Positions 35,603 to 46,250 of a DNA stretch of 64,000 nt are shown here, piece by piece. The translations under genes were made by a program, and so were the position numbers. Position 1 is the stretch's first letter; each line of letters starts with the position of its first letter. A model generated the notes under the pieces. The model was not told the DNA's origin. It ran no database searches and saw only the letters and a program-made list of their open reading frames with translations. The DNA comes from a virus, in the IMG/VR virus record IMGVR_UViG_3300010970_000136, positions 5,836 through 69,835 of that record; one strand, given 5' to 3'.

Positions 35603-36356
35603 TATGGAAAAGAGAAAAACAATTAATCGTCAAAACATTACTGATCATTTAATAGAATATCAATTGAAGATGATTGGTAAAACTATTGATGAGATCACTA
35701 CTGATGAGAAATGGTATTTCAATAACACCATGTCTCCAGAACAACATGAGGAATTCAAAGCATATGCTATTCCTCTATTAAAAAAAGTATTTAAGTTTAA
35801 CAAAGCGAAGGCAGTACAAACATTCAGTTGGTTTGATTTGTCCTATGGTCTTCGCATTAATCCTAATTAACATGCAAACATCAGAAATTTTATTCATTGC
35901 TGTTATAGTTATTGCTATAATAGCAGCAGTTAAGTTCTTCTTCTCTATAAAACAAGATCAAGAGTACACAATTACATTAAGTATTCAACCAGACGACTTA
36001 ACTCCTGTGGTTCCAGAACCAGTAGCAAAACCTAAAAGACGTTATAAAAGACGTAAGAAGAAAGTTGTTGCTTCCCCAGTGAGTTCCCCAGTAACTCCCC
36101 CAGTAGCTGAAGTGACTCCTGCAGTTAAGAAAGCAGTGGGAAGACCTAAAAAGACTGTATAATGGATTGGTTGCTTCAAGATTGGGAGCATGAAGCTTCC
36201 AAGGATGAAATCTATGCTATGGAAAGACAGCATCAGATGGATTTAGAATGGCAACAATGGGAAGAAGAGCAGGCATACAAACGTAGGAAGCCTGCATTAA
36301 TCAAAGTTTTAACACCAAAGAAAGATGAAGTTACACATAACACCTCAACAGTTTGA
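35595..36356 (+). other. Three small hypothetical genes (35595, 35833/35872, 36162)
   Basis: ORF track; second has a TM helix and basic Pro-rich tail. Confidence 0.55.
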
Positions 36357-36954
36357 GGAACTCATCAAAAGAAGTTATAACCTAGATATCATTTACTTAT
36401 TGAAACTGATAGAAGAACAATATGACATCACTCCTTTGTATAAGGACAGTATGAAAATTGCTTCTCTCTATCAGTCTTTGATAAGGAAAGGATTGATCAC
36501 TGATACAGATGAAAAACTTACAGTGTTAGGTAAAGATCTTTTGGAGTTTGTAGGAGCACAAGGTGGTAAGAAGATCATTAAAAGAAAACCTGCTACAACA
36601 GATTTCGAAGAGTGGTACAAGTCTTATCCAGGAACTGATTCTTTTGAGTATAAAGGTAAAACTTTCAAGGGCACTAGAGCTATTAGAAAAGGTAAGGACG
36701 AGTGTAGATTGAAGTTTGATAAAATACTATTAGAAGGAGACTATACAGCTGAACAGCTTATATCTGCTTTGAAATATGAAGTGCTACAGAAGAAGGAGTC
36801 TTCAGTAGAAACTAATAGCAATAGACTAACGTTTATGCAGAATAGTGTAACTTATCTAAATCAAAGATCATTCGAAGCTTACATAGAATTAATTAACGAA
36901 GGTAACCAAGTTGAAGTGGCACCAGATAAACCAGAGGGAGGTACAGATATATGA
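36325..36954 (+). CDS. Replication initiator/replisome organiser-like protein
   Basis: FEEWYKSYP...TYLNQRSFE C-terminal domain; directly upstream of DnaB. Confidence 0.55.
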   Translation: MKLHITPQQFEELIKRSYNLDIIYLLKLIEEQYDITPLYKDSMKIASLYQSLIRKGLITDTDEKLTVLGKDLLEFVGAQGGKKIIKRKPATTDFEEWYKSYPGTDSFEYKGKTFKGTRAIRKGKDECRLKFDKILLEGDYTAEQLISALKYEVLQKKESSVETNSNRLTFMQNSVTYLNQRSFEAYIELINEGNQVEVAPDKPEGGTDI

Positions 36955-38015
36955 GTTTTGACTTATTAAAAGCAGAAGTAGACAAAGGTCTTGCTGATAA
37001 GAATGGTGGTATACCAATGGGTTTTGACAGGCTTAATCGCTATGTTGGAATCAGAAAAGGTATGTACTATCTTATTGGTGGTAATACTGGTTCTGGTAAA
37101 ACATCATTCATTGATGATGCATTTGTACTTAATCCTATTGATTGGGCTATGTCTCAAGCAGGAAAAGAATCTGGTATCAGTGTCAAAATCTGGTATAGAT
37201 CTATGGAAAGAAGTAGAACCTACAAGATGGCTAAGTGGGTAACCAGAAAGATATTTATTGACCAGGGAATCATTATCCCTGTAGGTACACTTCTTGGTTG
37301 GACACAGAAAATGACCAAAGATGAACATGACTTATTCTTGTATTATGAAGGATATATGAGAGAGCTAGAAGAATGTGTCACATTAATTGATGGTCCAGAG
37401 AACCCTGTAGGTATAGCTAAAGAACTAAAGGCTTATGCAGAAGAAAGAGGAACTATCGAAAAGATAGACAAATACAATAGTATATATGTTCCTAACAATC
37501 CTAATGAAATAACATTAGTAGTTGTAGATCACATTGGTCTTCTAAAGACCACTAAAGATCAACCAACAAAGAAGGAAGCTATTGATAAGATGTCTGATGA
37601 ATTACGATATGCCAGAGACTTTTATGGATATAGTCCTGTAGTGGTGAGTCAGTTTAACAGATCTATTTCTAATCCTTCTAGGATTAAGAATGGTGATGTT
37701 GAGCCTCAATTAGAAGACTTTGCAGAATCATCAAGTACACAAAATGATGCTGATGTTGTAATGGCTTTATTTGATCCTATGAGATACAAGGTACCAGATC
37801 CTTCTGGATACAACCTTGATAAACTTAAGGATGAATATGGAGCTAAGTATTTCAGAAGTGTCAGAGTTATTAAGAATTCTTATGGTGAAGATGATCTTAG
37901 AATAGGACTTGGTTTCTTAGGCCAGGTAGGTATGTTCAAAGAGCTTCCTAGAAGAAAAGAGATGACAGATGAAGATTATGCAGCAGTTATTAACAAATCA
38001 TATTTCCTTAGATAA
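36951..38015 (+). CDS. dnaB: DnaB-like replicative helicase
   Basis: GNTGSGKT, SMER, VVDHIG, SQFNR, DADVV. Confidence 0.88.
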   Translation: MSFDLLKAEVDKGLADKNGGIPMGFDRLNRYVGIRKGMYYLIGGNTGSGKTSFIDDAFVLNPIDWAMSQAGKESGISVKIWYRSMERSRTYKMAKWVTRKIFIDQGIIIPVGTLLGWTQKMTKDEHDLFLYYEGYMRELEECVTLIDGPENPVGIAKELKAYAEERGTIEKIDKYNSIYVPNNPNEITLVVVDHIGLLKTTKDQPTKKEAIDKMSDELRYARDFYGYSPVVVSQFNRSISNPSRIKNGDVEPQLEDFAESSSTQNDADVVMALFDPMRYKVPDPSGYNLDKLKDEYGAKYFRSVRVIKNSYGEDDLRIGLGFLGQVGMFKELPRRKEMTDEDYAAVINKSYFLR

Positions 38016-38311
38016 TGAACCAAGAAAACGAAAATAAAGTACCAAGTGCAGAAGTTTTTTACACAAGATTTCTTATGAAACATAAATCAGATGGTAAAAC
38101 TCTCGATTTAATGACTGAATTTGCAAAATTACATGTACAAGCAGCTTTAGAAGCTGCTAGTAACAATGCTATTTTAGCAAGCTATGATAATAAAAATAAT
38201 AAACCAGGTTTATCTATTTTTAAATCAATTACGTCAAATGATATTGAATGGAGGCCTTGTTCAGAAAGTATTTTAAATGCTTATCCATTAGAAAATGTAA
38301 AATTAACATGA
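38015..38311 (+). CDS. Hypothetical protein
   Basis: 98-aa ORF with coupled start/stop. Confidence 0.6.
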   Translation: MNQENENKVPSAEVFYTRFLMKHKSDGKTLDLMTEFAKLHVQAALEAASNNAILASYDNKNNKPGLSIFKSITSNDIEWRPCSESILNAYPLENVKLT

Positions 38312-39384
38312 CATTAAGAGATAAACGACAGAAAGAGTTTGCTACTACATGGCTTAAACATGGAATGTTTGGTATACTAAATCTATGTCCAAGGTTTGGA
38401 AAGATTAGAACCAGTATCATAGCTTTAGAAAAGCTTAAACCAGAATCTGTATTAATTGCTTATCCAGATAACAAGATTAAAGACTCTTGGCAAGAAGATT
38501 TCAAAGAACTAGGATTTGATGACAGTATTGTTACATACACTACACATCTATCCCTGAAGAAACTTGTTAATCAAAGTTTTGATGTTGTTATTATTGATGA
38601 GATACATCTATTGAGCGAGGCTCAGATAGAAGTGTGTAAGGACCTGTTCGATGTTAATGGACAGATACTTGGTCTAACTGGAACATTATCCAGTTGGACA
38701 GAACGAACCCTAGAGGAAGAACTTGATCTTCATGTAATAGCCCACTATCCAATTGAAAAAGCCATTGAAGAAGGAGTGATTGTGGATTATGAAATACATG
38801 TTGTCAGAGTGCCTCTAGATAACACTACGCTGCAACAGTTTAAAACAAAGCAAAAGACTGAAAAGAAACAGTTTGATGCTCTCACATGGGTGATTAACAA
38901 ACTGCAGAATAGTGGAAGTGATACAATGTTTATGAGACTTGCAAGAATGCGAATCATTCAATCCTCTTTAGCCAAACGACTTGCTACAAAAGCATTGCTT
39001 GCTAAGCATAAAGATGAAAGAGTGCTAGTGTTCTGTGGTACCACAAAAGTTGCAGATGATCTTGGTATTCCATCCTATCATAGTAAATCAAGCAAGAAAC
39101 AAATGTTTGAAGACTTTGCTTCAGGAGAAGGAAATCATTTAGCTGTAGTGAAGATTGGTAACACAGGTGTAACTTATAAACCTCTAAACAAAGTGATTAT
39201 TAACTATTTTGATAGTAATGCAGAAAACTTAGCTCAGAAAATAAACAGATGTATGGCTATGGAGTATAACACTCCAGATAAGAAAGCACATATTTATATA
39301 GTGAGTAGCAGTGAACCTGTAGAGCTTAAATGGTTAAATAAAGCACTAGAATTCTTTGACAAAGACAAGATAAAATATGTATAA
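38308..39384 (+). CDS. Superfamily 2 helicase
   Basis: PRFGK, DEIH, LTGT, QKINR; likely start ATG 38308. Confidence 0.85.
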   Translation: MTLRDKRQKEFATTWLKHGMFGILNLCPRFGKIRTSIIALEKLKPESVLIAYPDNKIKDSWQEDFKELGFDDSIVTYTTHLSLKKLVNQSFDVVIIDEIHLLSEAQIEVCKDLFDVNGQILGLTGTLSSWTERTLEEELDLHVIAHYPIEKAIEEGVIVDYEIHVVRVPLDNTTLQQFKTKQKTEKKQFDALTWVINKLQNSGSDTMFMRLARMRIIQSSLAKRLATKALLAKHKDERVLVFCGTTKVADDLGIPSYHSKSSKKQMFEDFASGEGNHLAVVKIGNTGVTYKPLNKVIINYFDSNAENLAQKINRCMAMEYNTPDKKAHIYIVSSSEPVELKWLNKALEFFDKDKIKYV

Positions 39385-39451
39385 TTAAAAAAATTATTCG
39401 TATCTTTATACAACAAAAATCAATAATTAATTAAATTAAAGCAAGTAAACA

Positions 39452-40123
39452 ATGGCAAGCAAATTAGTAGGGATTGTAGGTGCTACAGGTACAGGTAAGT
39501 CAACCAGTATCAAGCATTTGAACCCAGAAGAAACGTACATCATTAACGTTGCAAAGAAAGAACTTCCTTTCAAAGGATCTGAGAAGCTTTACAACACAGA
39601 AAAGAAGAATTACAAAGAAGTAGATGATGCAAATGAAATCACAAGATTATTACGTGTGATCTCAGAGAAAGCTCCACATGTTAAGAACATTGTAATAGAA
39701 GATTCTAATTACATCATGGGATTCAATATGGTGGCTAAAGCTACAGAAGTAGGATATACTAAATTTAGTGTTATGGCTAAAGACATGGTAGATCTATTTA
39801 GAACAGCTAGGATGTTACGTGATGACATTACAGTGTTCTATCTCACTCACCCAGAAACTGTTGAAGATGGTGGAGAGATTATTGGATACAAGATTAAAAC
39901 AGCAGGTAAGCTGATCGATAATCAAGTGTTATTAGAAGGACTTCTAACTGTGTGTCTTTACACTAATGTAGAAGAGAACAAAGATGGATCTGCATCATAT
40001 GGTTTCATTACCAATAGATATAGAAAGTATCCAGCAAAGAGTCCTGATGGAATGTTTGAGGATTTGAAAATACCAAATGATTTGCAATTTGTTGCAGATA
40101 GTCTAACAGAATATTATAACTAA
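39452..40123 (+). CDS. AAA_24-type P-loop ATPase (Sak4-like)
   Basis: GATGTGKST, VIEDS, AKSPDGMF. Confidence 0.8.
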   Translation: MASKLVGIVGATGTGKSTSIKHLNPEETYIINVAKKELPFKGSEKLYNTEKKNYKEVDDANEITRLLRVISEKAPHVKNIVIEDSNYIMGFNMVAKATEVGYTKFSVMAKDMVDLFRTARMLRDDITVFYLTHPETVEDGGEIIGYKIKTAGKLIDNQVLLEGLLTVCLYTNVEENKDGSASYGFITNRYRKYPAKSPDGMFEDLKIPNDLQFVADSLTEYYN

Positions 40124-40135
40124 AAACCAAAAATT

Positions 40136-40414
40136 ATGAATGAAGAAACTGCAACACAGCCACAAGGACTTGCAATGAATGCTATGATGCGTCAAGTAGA
40201 TTCAGCAAAAGAATACAGACCATCCAATAAAGACGTACTTAGAGATCATCCAGTCCAAATTGAATTTCTATCAATAGGATGTCTTATTAGAGTGGGATGT
40301 AAATCAATTCCATTTTCTACAGTGGAAGAAGGAATGAAAGCATTGAATGATTATGTATCTAATGCACATGAAACTAGAAAACTGTGGGTAGAAAGACTTG
40401 ACAAAGAATTATAA
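40136..40414 (+). CDS. Hypothetical protein
   Basis: 92-aa ORF. Confidence 0.6.
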   Translation: MNEETATQPQGLAMNAMMRQVDSAKEYRPSNKDVLRDHPVQIEFLSIGCLIRVGCKSIPFSTVEEGMKALNDYVSNAHETRKLWVERLDKEL

Positions 40415-40440
40415 TAACTAAACTAAATTAAATTAAAGCT

Positions 40441-41316
40441 ATGAGTAGTATCGGAGGAACAAGAAGAGAGTCAACAGGTGGAGAAGGTAATTTTTCAAAG
40501 AAAGTTGGCTTATTTGAAGCAAATGTGATTGCAATTAACCCTACAATCGAGGAGTTTAAAGATGTAATTGGTATGGAACTTAAAGAAGACAGCAAAGCTG
40601 CTGAGTATTTAGGTGATACTAAAGAAGGAAACACATATTTACGTGTTGATGTATGGTTGGAAGAAGTTAAGAGCAAAGAGAAGTTCAAAACTACATTCTT
40701 CTTGGAGGATAAAGAACGTGAGAACAAAGATGGTACTAAGAAACAATATATCAATTCTGTTGGTATGTGTTCTTGGGCTGCAGATGAGAATGATCTTGCT
40801 GAGTGGTTTACTAAAGGGAGAGACTATCGTGTAGCTTATACAGGTGAAGAAGATCTTTACAATTTCTTACGTGTATGGTTAGGTGGATTAGACTATCGTA
40901 GTGCTGAAACTGTTCTTCAATTAGAATGGAAGAAGCTTATGCGTGGTCAAGTGAAAGACTTGAAAGACCAAATCAATGGTGAGTGGTGTAACACAGTTGC
41001 AGCTATGGCTACTGTTATCACTAAAGAAAGAGATGGTGAGTCTAAAGAATACCAAGGGGTGTTTAATAAAGCTTTCATTGGTGGATATGCTATGAAGCAA
41101 TTCCGTAATATTGACTACAACAACAAGAAAACACAAGCTGATCTTAAGAACAAGAAACCACGTGACTTAAAAGGACATGAGAAATTTGTTCTTAGTGTTG
41201 CTGGGGAGTATGGTTGTAAAGATTATTACATCTTCTCAGATATTCAAGAATATAATGCTGATGACAACTTAGTTGCTTCTGATGATTATATTTCTGATGA
41301 TGGATCAGACTACTAG
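40441..41316 (+). CDS. Putative ssDNA-binding protein
   Basis: Acidic C-terminal tail DDYISDDGSDY; between ATPase and primase. Confidence 0.5.
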   Translation: MSSIGGTRRESTGGEGNFSKKVGLFEANVIAINPTIEEFKDVIGMELKEDSKAAEYLGDTKEGNTYLRVDVWLEEVKSKEKFKTTFFLEDKERENKDGTKKQYINSVGMCSWAADENDLAEWFTKGRDYRVAYTGEEDLYNFLRVWLGGLDYRSAETVLQLEWKKLMRGQVKDLKDQINGEWCNTVAAMATVITKERDGESKEYQGVFNKAFIGGYAMKQFRNIDYNNKKTQADLKNKKPRDLKGHEKFVLSVAGEYGCKDYYIFSDIQEYNADDNLVASDDYISDDGSDY

Positions 41317-41337
41317 TCTAGTATAAATAGATAGAAC

Positions 41338-41367
41338 AGAGCCCTTGCAGAAATGTGAGGGCTTTTT
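41338..41367 (+). terminator. Intrinsic terminator
   Basis: AGAGCCCTTGCA-GAAA-TGTGAGGGCTTTTT. Confidence 0.75.
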
Positions 41368-41386
41368 CATCTAAAATATTAAAGCT

Positions 41387-42391
41387 ATGATAAAAGGAGT
41401 AAAGAGAGAAAGATTAACAGCAGAGGCTATACTTAATAAGATTTCTGATTATGATATATTTCGCTTCTACATGCCAAATAAAACTTGGAAGATTAATGCT
41501 GTTACAAACTCTCCATTTAGGAAAGATAGTAACCCTTCATTCCTAATAGGATATAAGTCCAAGCATTTATCATTTATAGATTTTGGTGACAGTAGTGTAA
41601 AAGGTGATTGCTTCAAGTTTGTACAACTATTGTATAGACTTCCTAGTTTTCATGATGCGTTAATAATGATTGACAGAGATTTTGATCTTGGTATATCAAG
41701 TGGGACATCTACACAGAATTATGTAAGAATAATTTCTGATTATGCTCAACCAACAGCAACAATGAAGCGTGAGTATTTCATTCAAGTGAAAGCTAGAAAG
41801 TTTACACACGAAGAACTTGCATATTGGAATGAATATTATCAAGACATAGATGATCTTAGAGCTAATAATGTATACTCATTGGATACAGTTTACCTTAACA
41901 AGAAGAAGTTTCCTCTAAAGGACACAGAATTAAGATTTGGGTATCTATATGAAGGACATTGGAAGATTTATAGACCGTTTGCTGACAAGAAAGAAAAATG
42001 GATGCCAAATAATGTTCCTATTACTATGATGGATGGACTAGAAGATATCAGAGATTGTGATGTTGCGTTTATCAATAAGAGTAAGAAGGATTACATGGTG
42101 ATGAAAAAGATCTATCCTTGTTGTTGTGCTGTTCAGAATGAAGGTATGGGATGTTTCTCTGAAGAGAATGTAGACTATCTCAAAGAAAATTCTGAAAGAC
42201 AAATCTTAAGCTTTGACTCTGATGAAACTGGTGTAAAGAATTCTCAACAAATAACTGACAAGTTTGGGTTTGAGTATTGCAATGTTCCCAGAATTTATTT
42301 AGGAGAAGGTATTAAGGATTGGGCAGATCTAGCAAGAGTACATGGATTAAAAACAATAGAAAAATATTTAACAGAGAAACAAATAATATGA
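41387..42391 (+). CDS. DnaG-like primase
   Basis: SPFRKD.NPSF...FIDFG..GDCF N-terminal domain; TOPRIM FDSDETG; KDWAD. Confidence 0.85.
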   Translation: MIKGVKRERLTAEAILNKISDYDIFRFYMPNKTWKINAVTNSPFRKDSNPSFLIGYKSKHLSFIDFGDSSVKGDCFKFVQLLYRLPSFHDALIMIDRDFDLGISSGTSTQNYVRIISDYAQPTATMKREYFIQVKARKFTHEELAYWNEYYQDIDDLRANNVYSLDTVYLNKKKFPLKDTELRFGYLYEGHWKIYRPFADKKEKWMPNNVPITMMDGLEDIRDCDVAFINKSKKDYMVMKKIYPCCCAVQNEGMGCFSEENVDYLKENSERQILSFDSDETGVKNSQQITDKFGFEYCNVPRIYLGEGIKDWADLARVHGLKTIEKYLTEKQII

Positions 42392-42803
42392 TACTAGAAA
42401 TTAATGATGACAATATTTACTTCTTAGAAGAAACTATCAAAGAGAATGTAGAGTGGTTATACACAACAGAAGACGATGAAGTGGAGTGTATAGGTGTAGA
42501 AAACTTAGAGGTTATTCTTAGTAAATTCTTAGGTAAACAAGTAACCCTTCAACAACGATAATTATGGATAGAGGATTAGACAGACAAGTTAGAGATGCTG
42601 TGTCAACACTTGATGAATTGGTTTCATTAGTTGAATCGTTAGAATCAGAAGTTGAAACTGTTCAAGCTCAGAATGAACTATTAGAAGATCAAAATGAAGA
42701 GTTAGAAAAACGTGTAGCTGATTTAGAAGCTGAGGTGGAGAAACTTGAAAAAGCATTAGAAACACTAGATATTAAACCATTTACAAACAGTTTACAATTA
42801 TGA
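42388..42803 (+). other. Two small genes (acidic protein; coiled-coil protein 42564-42803)
   Basis: ORF track. Confidence 0.55.
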
Positions 42804-43519
42804 TTTGGGAAAAATTTAAACCAATGTTTCACCCTAGTTGGCATGCAAAGATGCGTCCATTCATAGAGAGTGAAGAGTGTGATAAGATTTATGCATTTCT
42901 AAAGGCAGAGAGTAAGAGGGGTAAACAAATTGCCCCTCAATCAATGCACCTTTGGAGATGTTTTAAAGAAACATCACTAGATGACCTTAAAGTGGTAATG
43001 GTAGGTATGGCTCCATATCACACATTCAAGAATGACCTTCCGATAGCAGATGGATTACTTATGGGATGTTCTGTAACAAATCAGTTACAACCATCATTAC
43101 AACAGTTTTATGATGCTATTGAAAGAGAGTTGTATAATGGACTAAACCTTAGTTACCTAGCTAATCCAGATGTAAGCTATTTAGCTAACCAGGGAGTGTT
43201 AATGCTTAACGCATCTCTTTCTGTAGAACTAAACAAAGCTGGTAGTCATCTTGATATATGGGAACCATTTATGAAATACTTATTTGAAGAGATCTTGAAC
43301 ATTACAGGAGTGCCAATCATCTTTCTAGGTAAAGATGCAGCTAAGTACAAGAAGTATACAGGAATCTTTTCACACAATTTTGTTATCAGTCATCCAGCAA
43401 GTGCTGCTTATAAAGGAACAGATTGGGATACAGAAGGAGTGTTTAGTAAAGTGGATGTATTATTAGAAGAAAGTAACGGATTTGGTGTTCAATGGTTAGA
43501 CATGGACGTACCATTTTAA
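42800..43519 (+). CDS. ung: Uracil-DNA glycosylase family 1-like protein with altered catalytic motif
   Basis: KVVMVGMAPYH (canonical GQDPYH), QGVLMLN, GSH, HPAS. Confidence 0.75.
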   Translation: MIWEKFKPMFHPSWHAKMRPFIESEECDKIYAFLKAESKRGKQIAPQSMHLWRCFKETSLDDLKVVMVGMAPYHTFKNDLPIADGLLMGCSVTNQLQPSLQQFYDAIERELYNGLNLSYLANPDVSYLANQGVLMLNASLSVELNKAGSHLDIWEPFMKYLFEEILNITGVPIIFLGKDAAKYKKYTGIFSHNFVISHPASAAYKGTDWDTEGVFSKVDVLLEESNGFGVQWLDMDVPF

Positions 43520-43530
43520 AAATTAAGACT

Positions 43531-43863
43531 ATGGAAAATACAATAATAAAATTAGAAGATCTTAGAGTAGGAGATGAAATATTGATTGCATGTCAATCAC
43601 ACATGAAGTATTTAAAAGTGTTAGATCAACCAAGACTCAGTGCTACAAAGAAACACTGGAGCACTGGATTACCATTGTATAAATCAGTAAGATGTTCTAC
43701 CAGACAAGATGTAGTGGCAACAACTTATCATACATGGAATGGAGCACCTTATACAAGAAATCATAAAGAGTGGAAGTTGACACCAGAAGATCATAACATG
43801 AAGATATCACAAGATCTTAGCGGTAGAACAATATGGTTAGTAAGAAGAGAAAACAACGATTAA
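43531..43863 (+). CDS. Hypothetical protein
   Basis: MENTIIKLEDLRVGDEIL... Confidence 0.6.
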   Translation: MENTIIKLEDLRVGDEILIACQSHMKYLKVLDQPRLSATKKHWSTGLPLYKSVRCSTRQDVVATTYHTWNGAPYTRNHKEWKLTPEDHNMKISQDLSGRTIWLVRRENND

Positions 43864-43874
43864 ATTAAAGCAAG

Positions 43875-46199
43875 ATGATTTTAGAAAAACAAACAGAGAG
43901 TACAATTATTGAAGAAGGAACATCACAAGAAAGTATAGGGATGTCACTAGACTTAGATTCTGCACAGATATTGATGCAGATGTTAAGTAAGAATTTATAT
44001 TCTGATGACATAGGTTCGACTGTCAGAGAGTGTGCAAGTAATGCATTAGATAGTCATAGAAGAGCTGGAGTGCACATGCCTATCATTGTATCCTTCAAAG
44101 CTGCATCAAGTGGAAACTATGAATTCACTGTAGAAGATTTTGGTGTAGGACTAGATGCTGATGATGTAAAGAACATTATTAGTAAGTATGGTAAGAGTAC
44201 CAAACGTGATTCTGCTAATGAATTAGGCATGATGGGTCTTGGATTCAAAGCTCCTCTTGCATATTCATCTAGTTTCTATTTTATATGTAGAAAAGATGGT
44301 GTAGAGAGAAAGTATATGATGTATGAAGGAGAAGATGTAAATACAATCGATCTATTATATGAAGAACCAACATCTGAAGGTAATGGTGTAAAAGTTATCA
44401 TCCCTGTGAAGTATGGTGATAATTATCAATTCAAGAAAAAGATTAAAGAACAACTGTGCTATTTCGAAAGTGTATACTTTGATGTACCAGAAGACTCTTC
44501 TATCACTAATGGATTTGTAATTGCTAGACATGAACATTTTCAATTCTCAGAACTATCTGATGATCCATATTTACATGTATGTTTAGATAATGTTTATTAT
44601 CCATTAGACTTTGGTAAACTTGGCATAAGTGATATTAGATTTCCTATAGCTCTTAGATTTTCATTGAGTGATGGTATTTATCCAACACCAAACAGAGAGT
44701 CTTTGAGATACACTAAGGAAGCTAAAGAGATTATTCTTGAGAAACTTAAAACTGTAGCTAACTATTATGTAGAAAAATACAATAGTCAAATAGATGCAGG
44801 TACAGACATCAAGAGTGTAATTAATTATTTCCAAAGTACATGTAGATATGTACAACTTGGTAATGGGACCAATAGAGATATTTCTCCTTTCACCAAATAT
44901 GCTACAACACCACTAGCTGGTCCTAAAATTGAAGGTCTTGAGTTGTATGACATTATAGAATTACATAAGAATACCAATAATTATTGGTTATCTGAATATT
45001 CTGCTAAGTTTATGCTTAGAAATGACAGAATGTTTAATGCTGATAAAGGATATAATTATGAATTCTCATTGAATCATATTGCTCAAGGTAGAACAACTGT
45101 CTATGTATATACAGAAAAGCTTTCTCAAATGAAGAAAGACTATATTAAGTCTTTGCATAAATCTAATGACTATGTAGCACTTGTTAAGTATGAAAGCCCA
45201 TTAAAATTAGGTAAAGCTGCTAAGTTTGATTCACATAGTTACATGCATATTCTTGGATTGAATAAATATCCAAAATCTGAATGGAGAACTAGAATCAAAG
45301 ACTATCAACATGTAATAGGACTAGTAACAGAGAACTTTATTGATCTTGATGCTATTGAGGTACCAGAAGTATTTATTCAAGCTAAACAAGCTGCAAGAAT
45401 CAAATCTTCTGTAACTTCTACCACTTCTCATAAACGTCTTAAGATTAAAGGAGAGATTGTAGGTAAGAAAGCTGTAGCTTTACAAAGATATGTAGAGGGT
45501 AAAAACTGTAAGTTTGATAGTCAATTGTATAAACTAGAAGATCTTGAGAGTGCTAAACACTTAAAAATATATTCTAAACATGCAGATGCTATGAAACTAG
45601 ATGGTCTTTATGAAGCTAAGAATAAGCAAAGAATTGAGTTGATTACATTTTCAGACAGAGAGTTGAAAATAGTAGACTCATTAACAGAAGTTCATAATAT
45701 AATGTCAATGGAAGAATTCATGGAAGGTAAAAATGCACCATTTAAGAGAATAATAACGTCTTATATTATTCACAAGTTTGTACAAAAATATGCACATGTG
45801 TTTAATAAGAGGGACATTATAGGTTTTGTATCATCAGATTTACGTAAGAGAATGGAAACTTTAGCAGAATACAGATCTAAAAACTATAGTGGTAACACTT
45901 ATCCTAAAGGTTCAGAGTTAGAATTGTATGAAGCTATGTTAGAAGTGGCTGCAGAGAATAAGTTGTTTGACATGAACGTCTATCCAGAACTACTGGAATT
46001 AGAACAAATATTTGACAGACTTCCTTTCTTAAGTCCTATATGTAGAAGTATGGGTTATTTTGGTGCTGAAGATCCAATGGTGAATGTGTTATCTGATTTA
46101 TTCAAGTATCACAAATACAAAGTGAACCTGAATCTTTACAACATTAGATTGAATGAAGAAGTGTTAACTGAAGAACAAGTAGAAGAATTATTAGATTAA
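43875..46199 (+). CDS. rIIA: rIIA-like protein (GHKL ATPase N-terminus)
   Basis: LYSD..STVRECASNALDSH, DFGVG, STKRDS..GMMGLGFK, PNRESL. Confidence 0.85.
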   Translation: MILEKQTESTIIEEGTSQESIGMSLDLDSAQILMQMLSKNLYSDDIGSTVRECASNALDSHRRAGVHMPIIVSFKAASSGNYEFTVEDFGVGLDADDVKNIISKYGKSTKRDSANELGMMGLGFKAPLAYSSSFYFICRKDGVERKYMMYEGEDVNTIDLLYEEPTSEGNGVKVIIPVKYGDNYQFKKKIKEQLCYFESVYFDVPEDSSITNGFVIARHEHFQFSELSDDPYLHVCLDNVYYPLDFGKLGISDIRFPIALRFSLSDGIYPTPNRESLRYTKEAKEIILEKLKTVANYYVEKYNSQIDAGTDIKSVINYFQSTCRYVQLGNGTNRDISPFTKYATTPLAGPKIEGLELYDIIELHKNTNNYWLSEYSAKFMLRNDRMFNADKGYNYEFSLNHIAQGRTTVYVYTEKLSQMKKDYIKSLHKSNDYVALVKYESPLKLGKAAKFDSHSYMHILGLNKYPKSEWRTRIKDYQHVIGLVTENFIDLDAIEVPEVFIQAKQAARIKSSVTSTTSHKRLKIKGEIVGKKAVALQRYVEGKNCKFDSQLYKLEDLESAKHLKIYSKHADAMKLDGLYEAKNKQRIELITFSDRELKIVDSLTEVHNIMSMEEFMEGKNAPFKRIITSYIIHKFVQKYAHVFNKRDIIGFVSSDLRKRMETLAEYRSKNYSGNTYPKGSELELYEAMLEVAAENKLFDMNVYPELLELEQIFDRLPFLSPICRSMGYFGAEDPMVNVLSDLFKYHKYKVNLNLYNIRLNEEVLTEEQVEELLD

Positions 46200-46205
46200 T
46201 CCAAT

Positions 46206-46229
46206 AGGGGGGAGAAATCCCCCTTTTTT
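46206..46229 (+). terminator. Intrinsic terminator-like hairpin
   Basis: GGGGGA-GAAA-TCCCCC-TTTTTT. Confidence 0.7.
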
Positions 46230-46250
46230 AACAATTAAAAACAAAGAACA

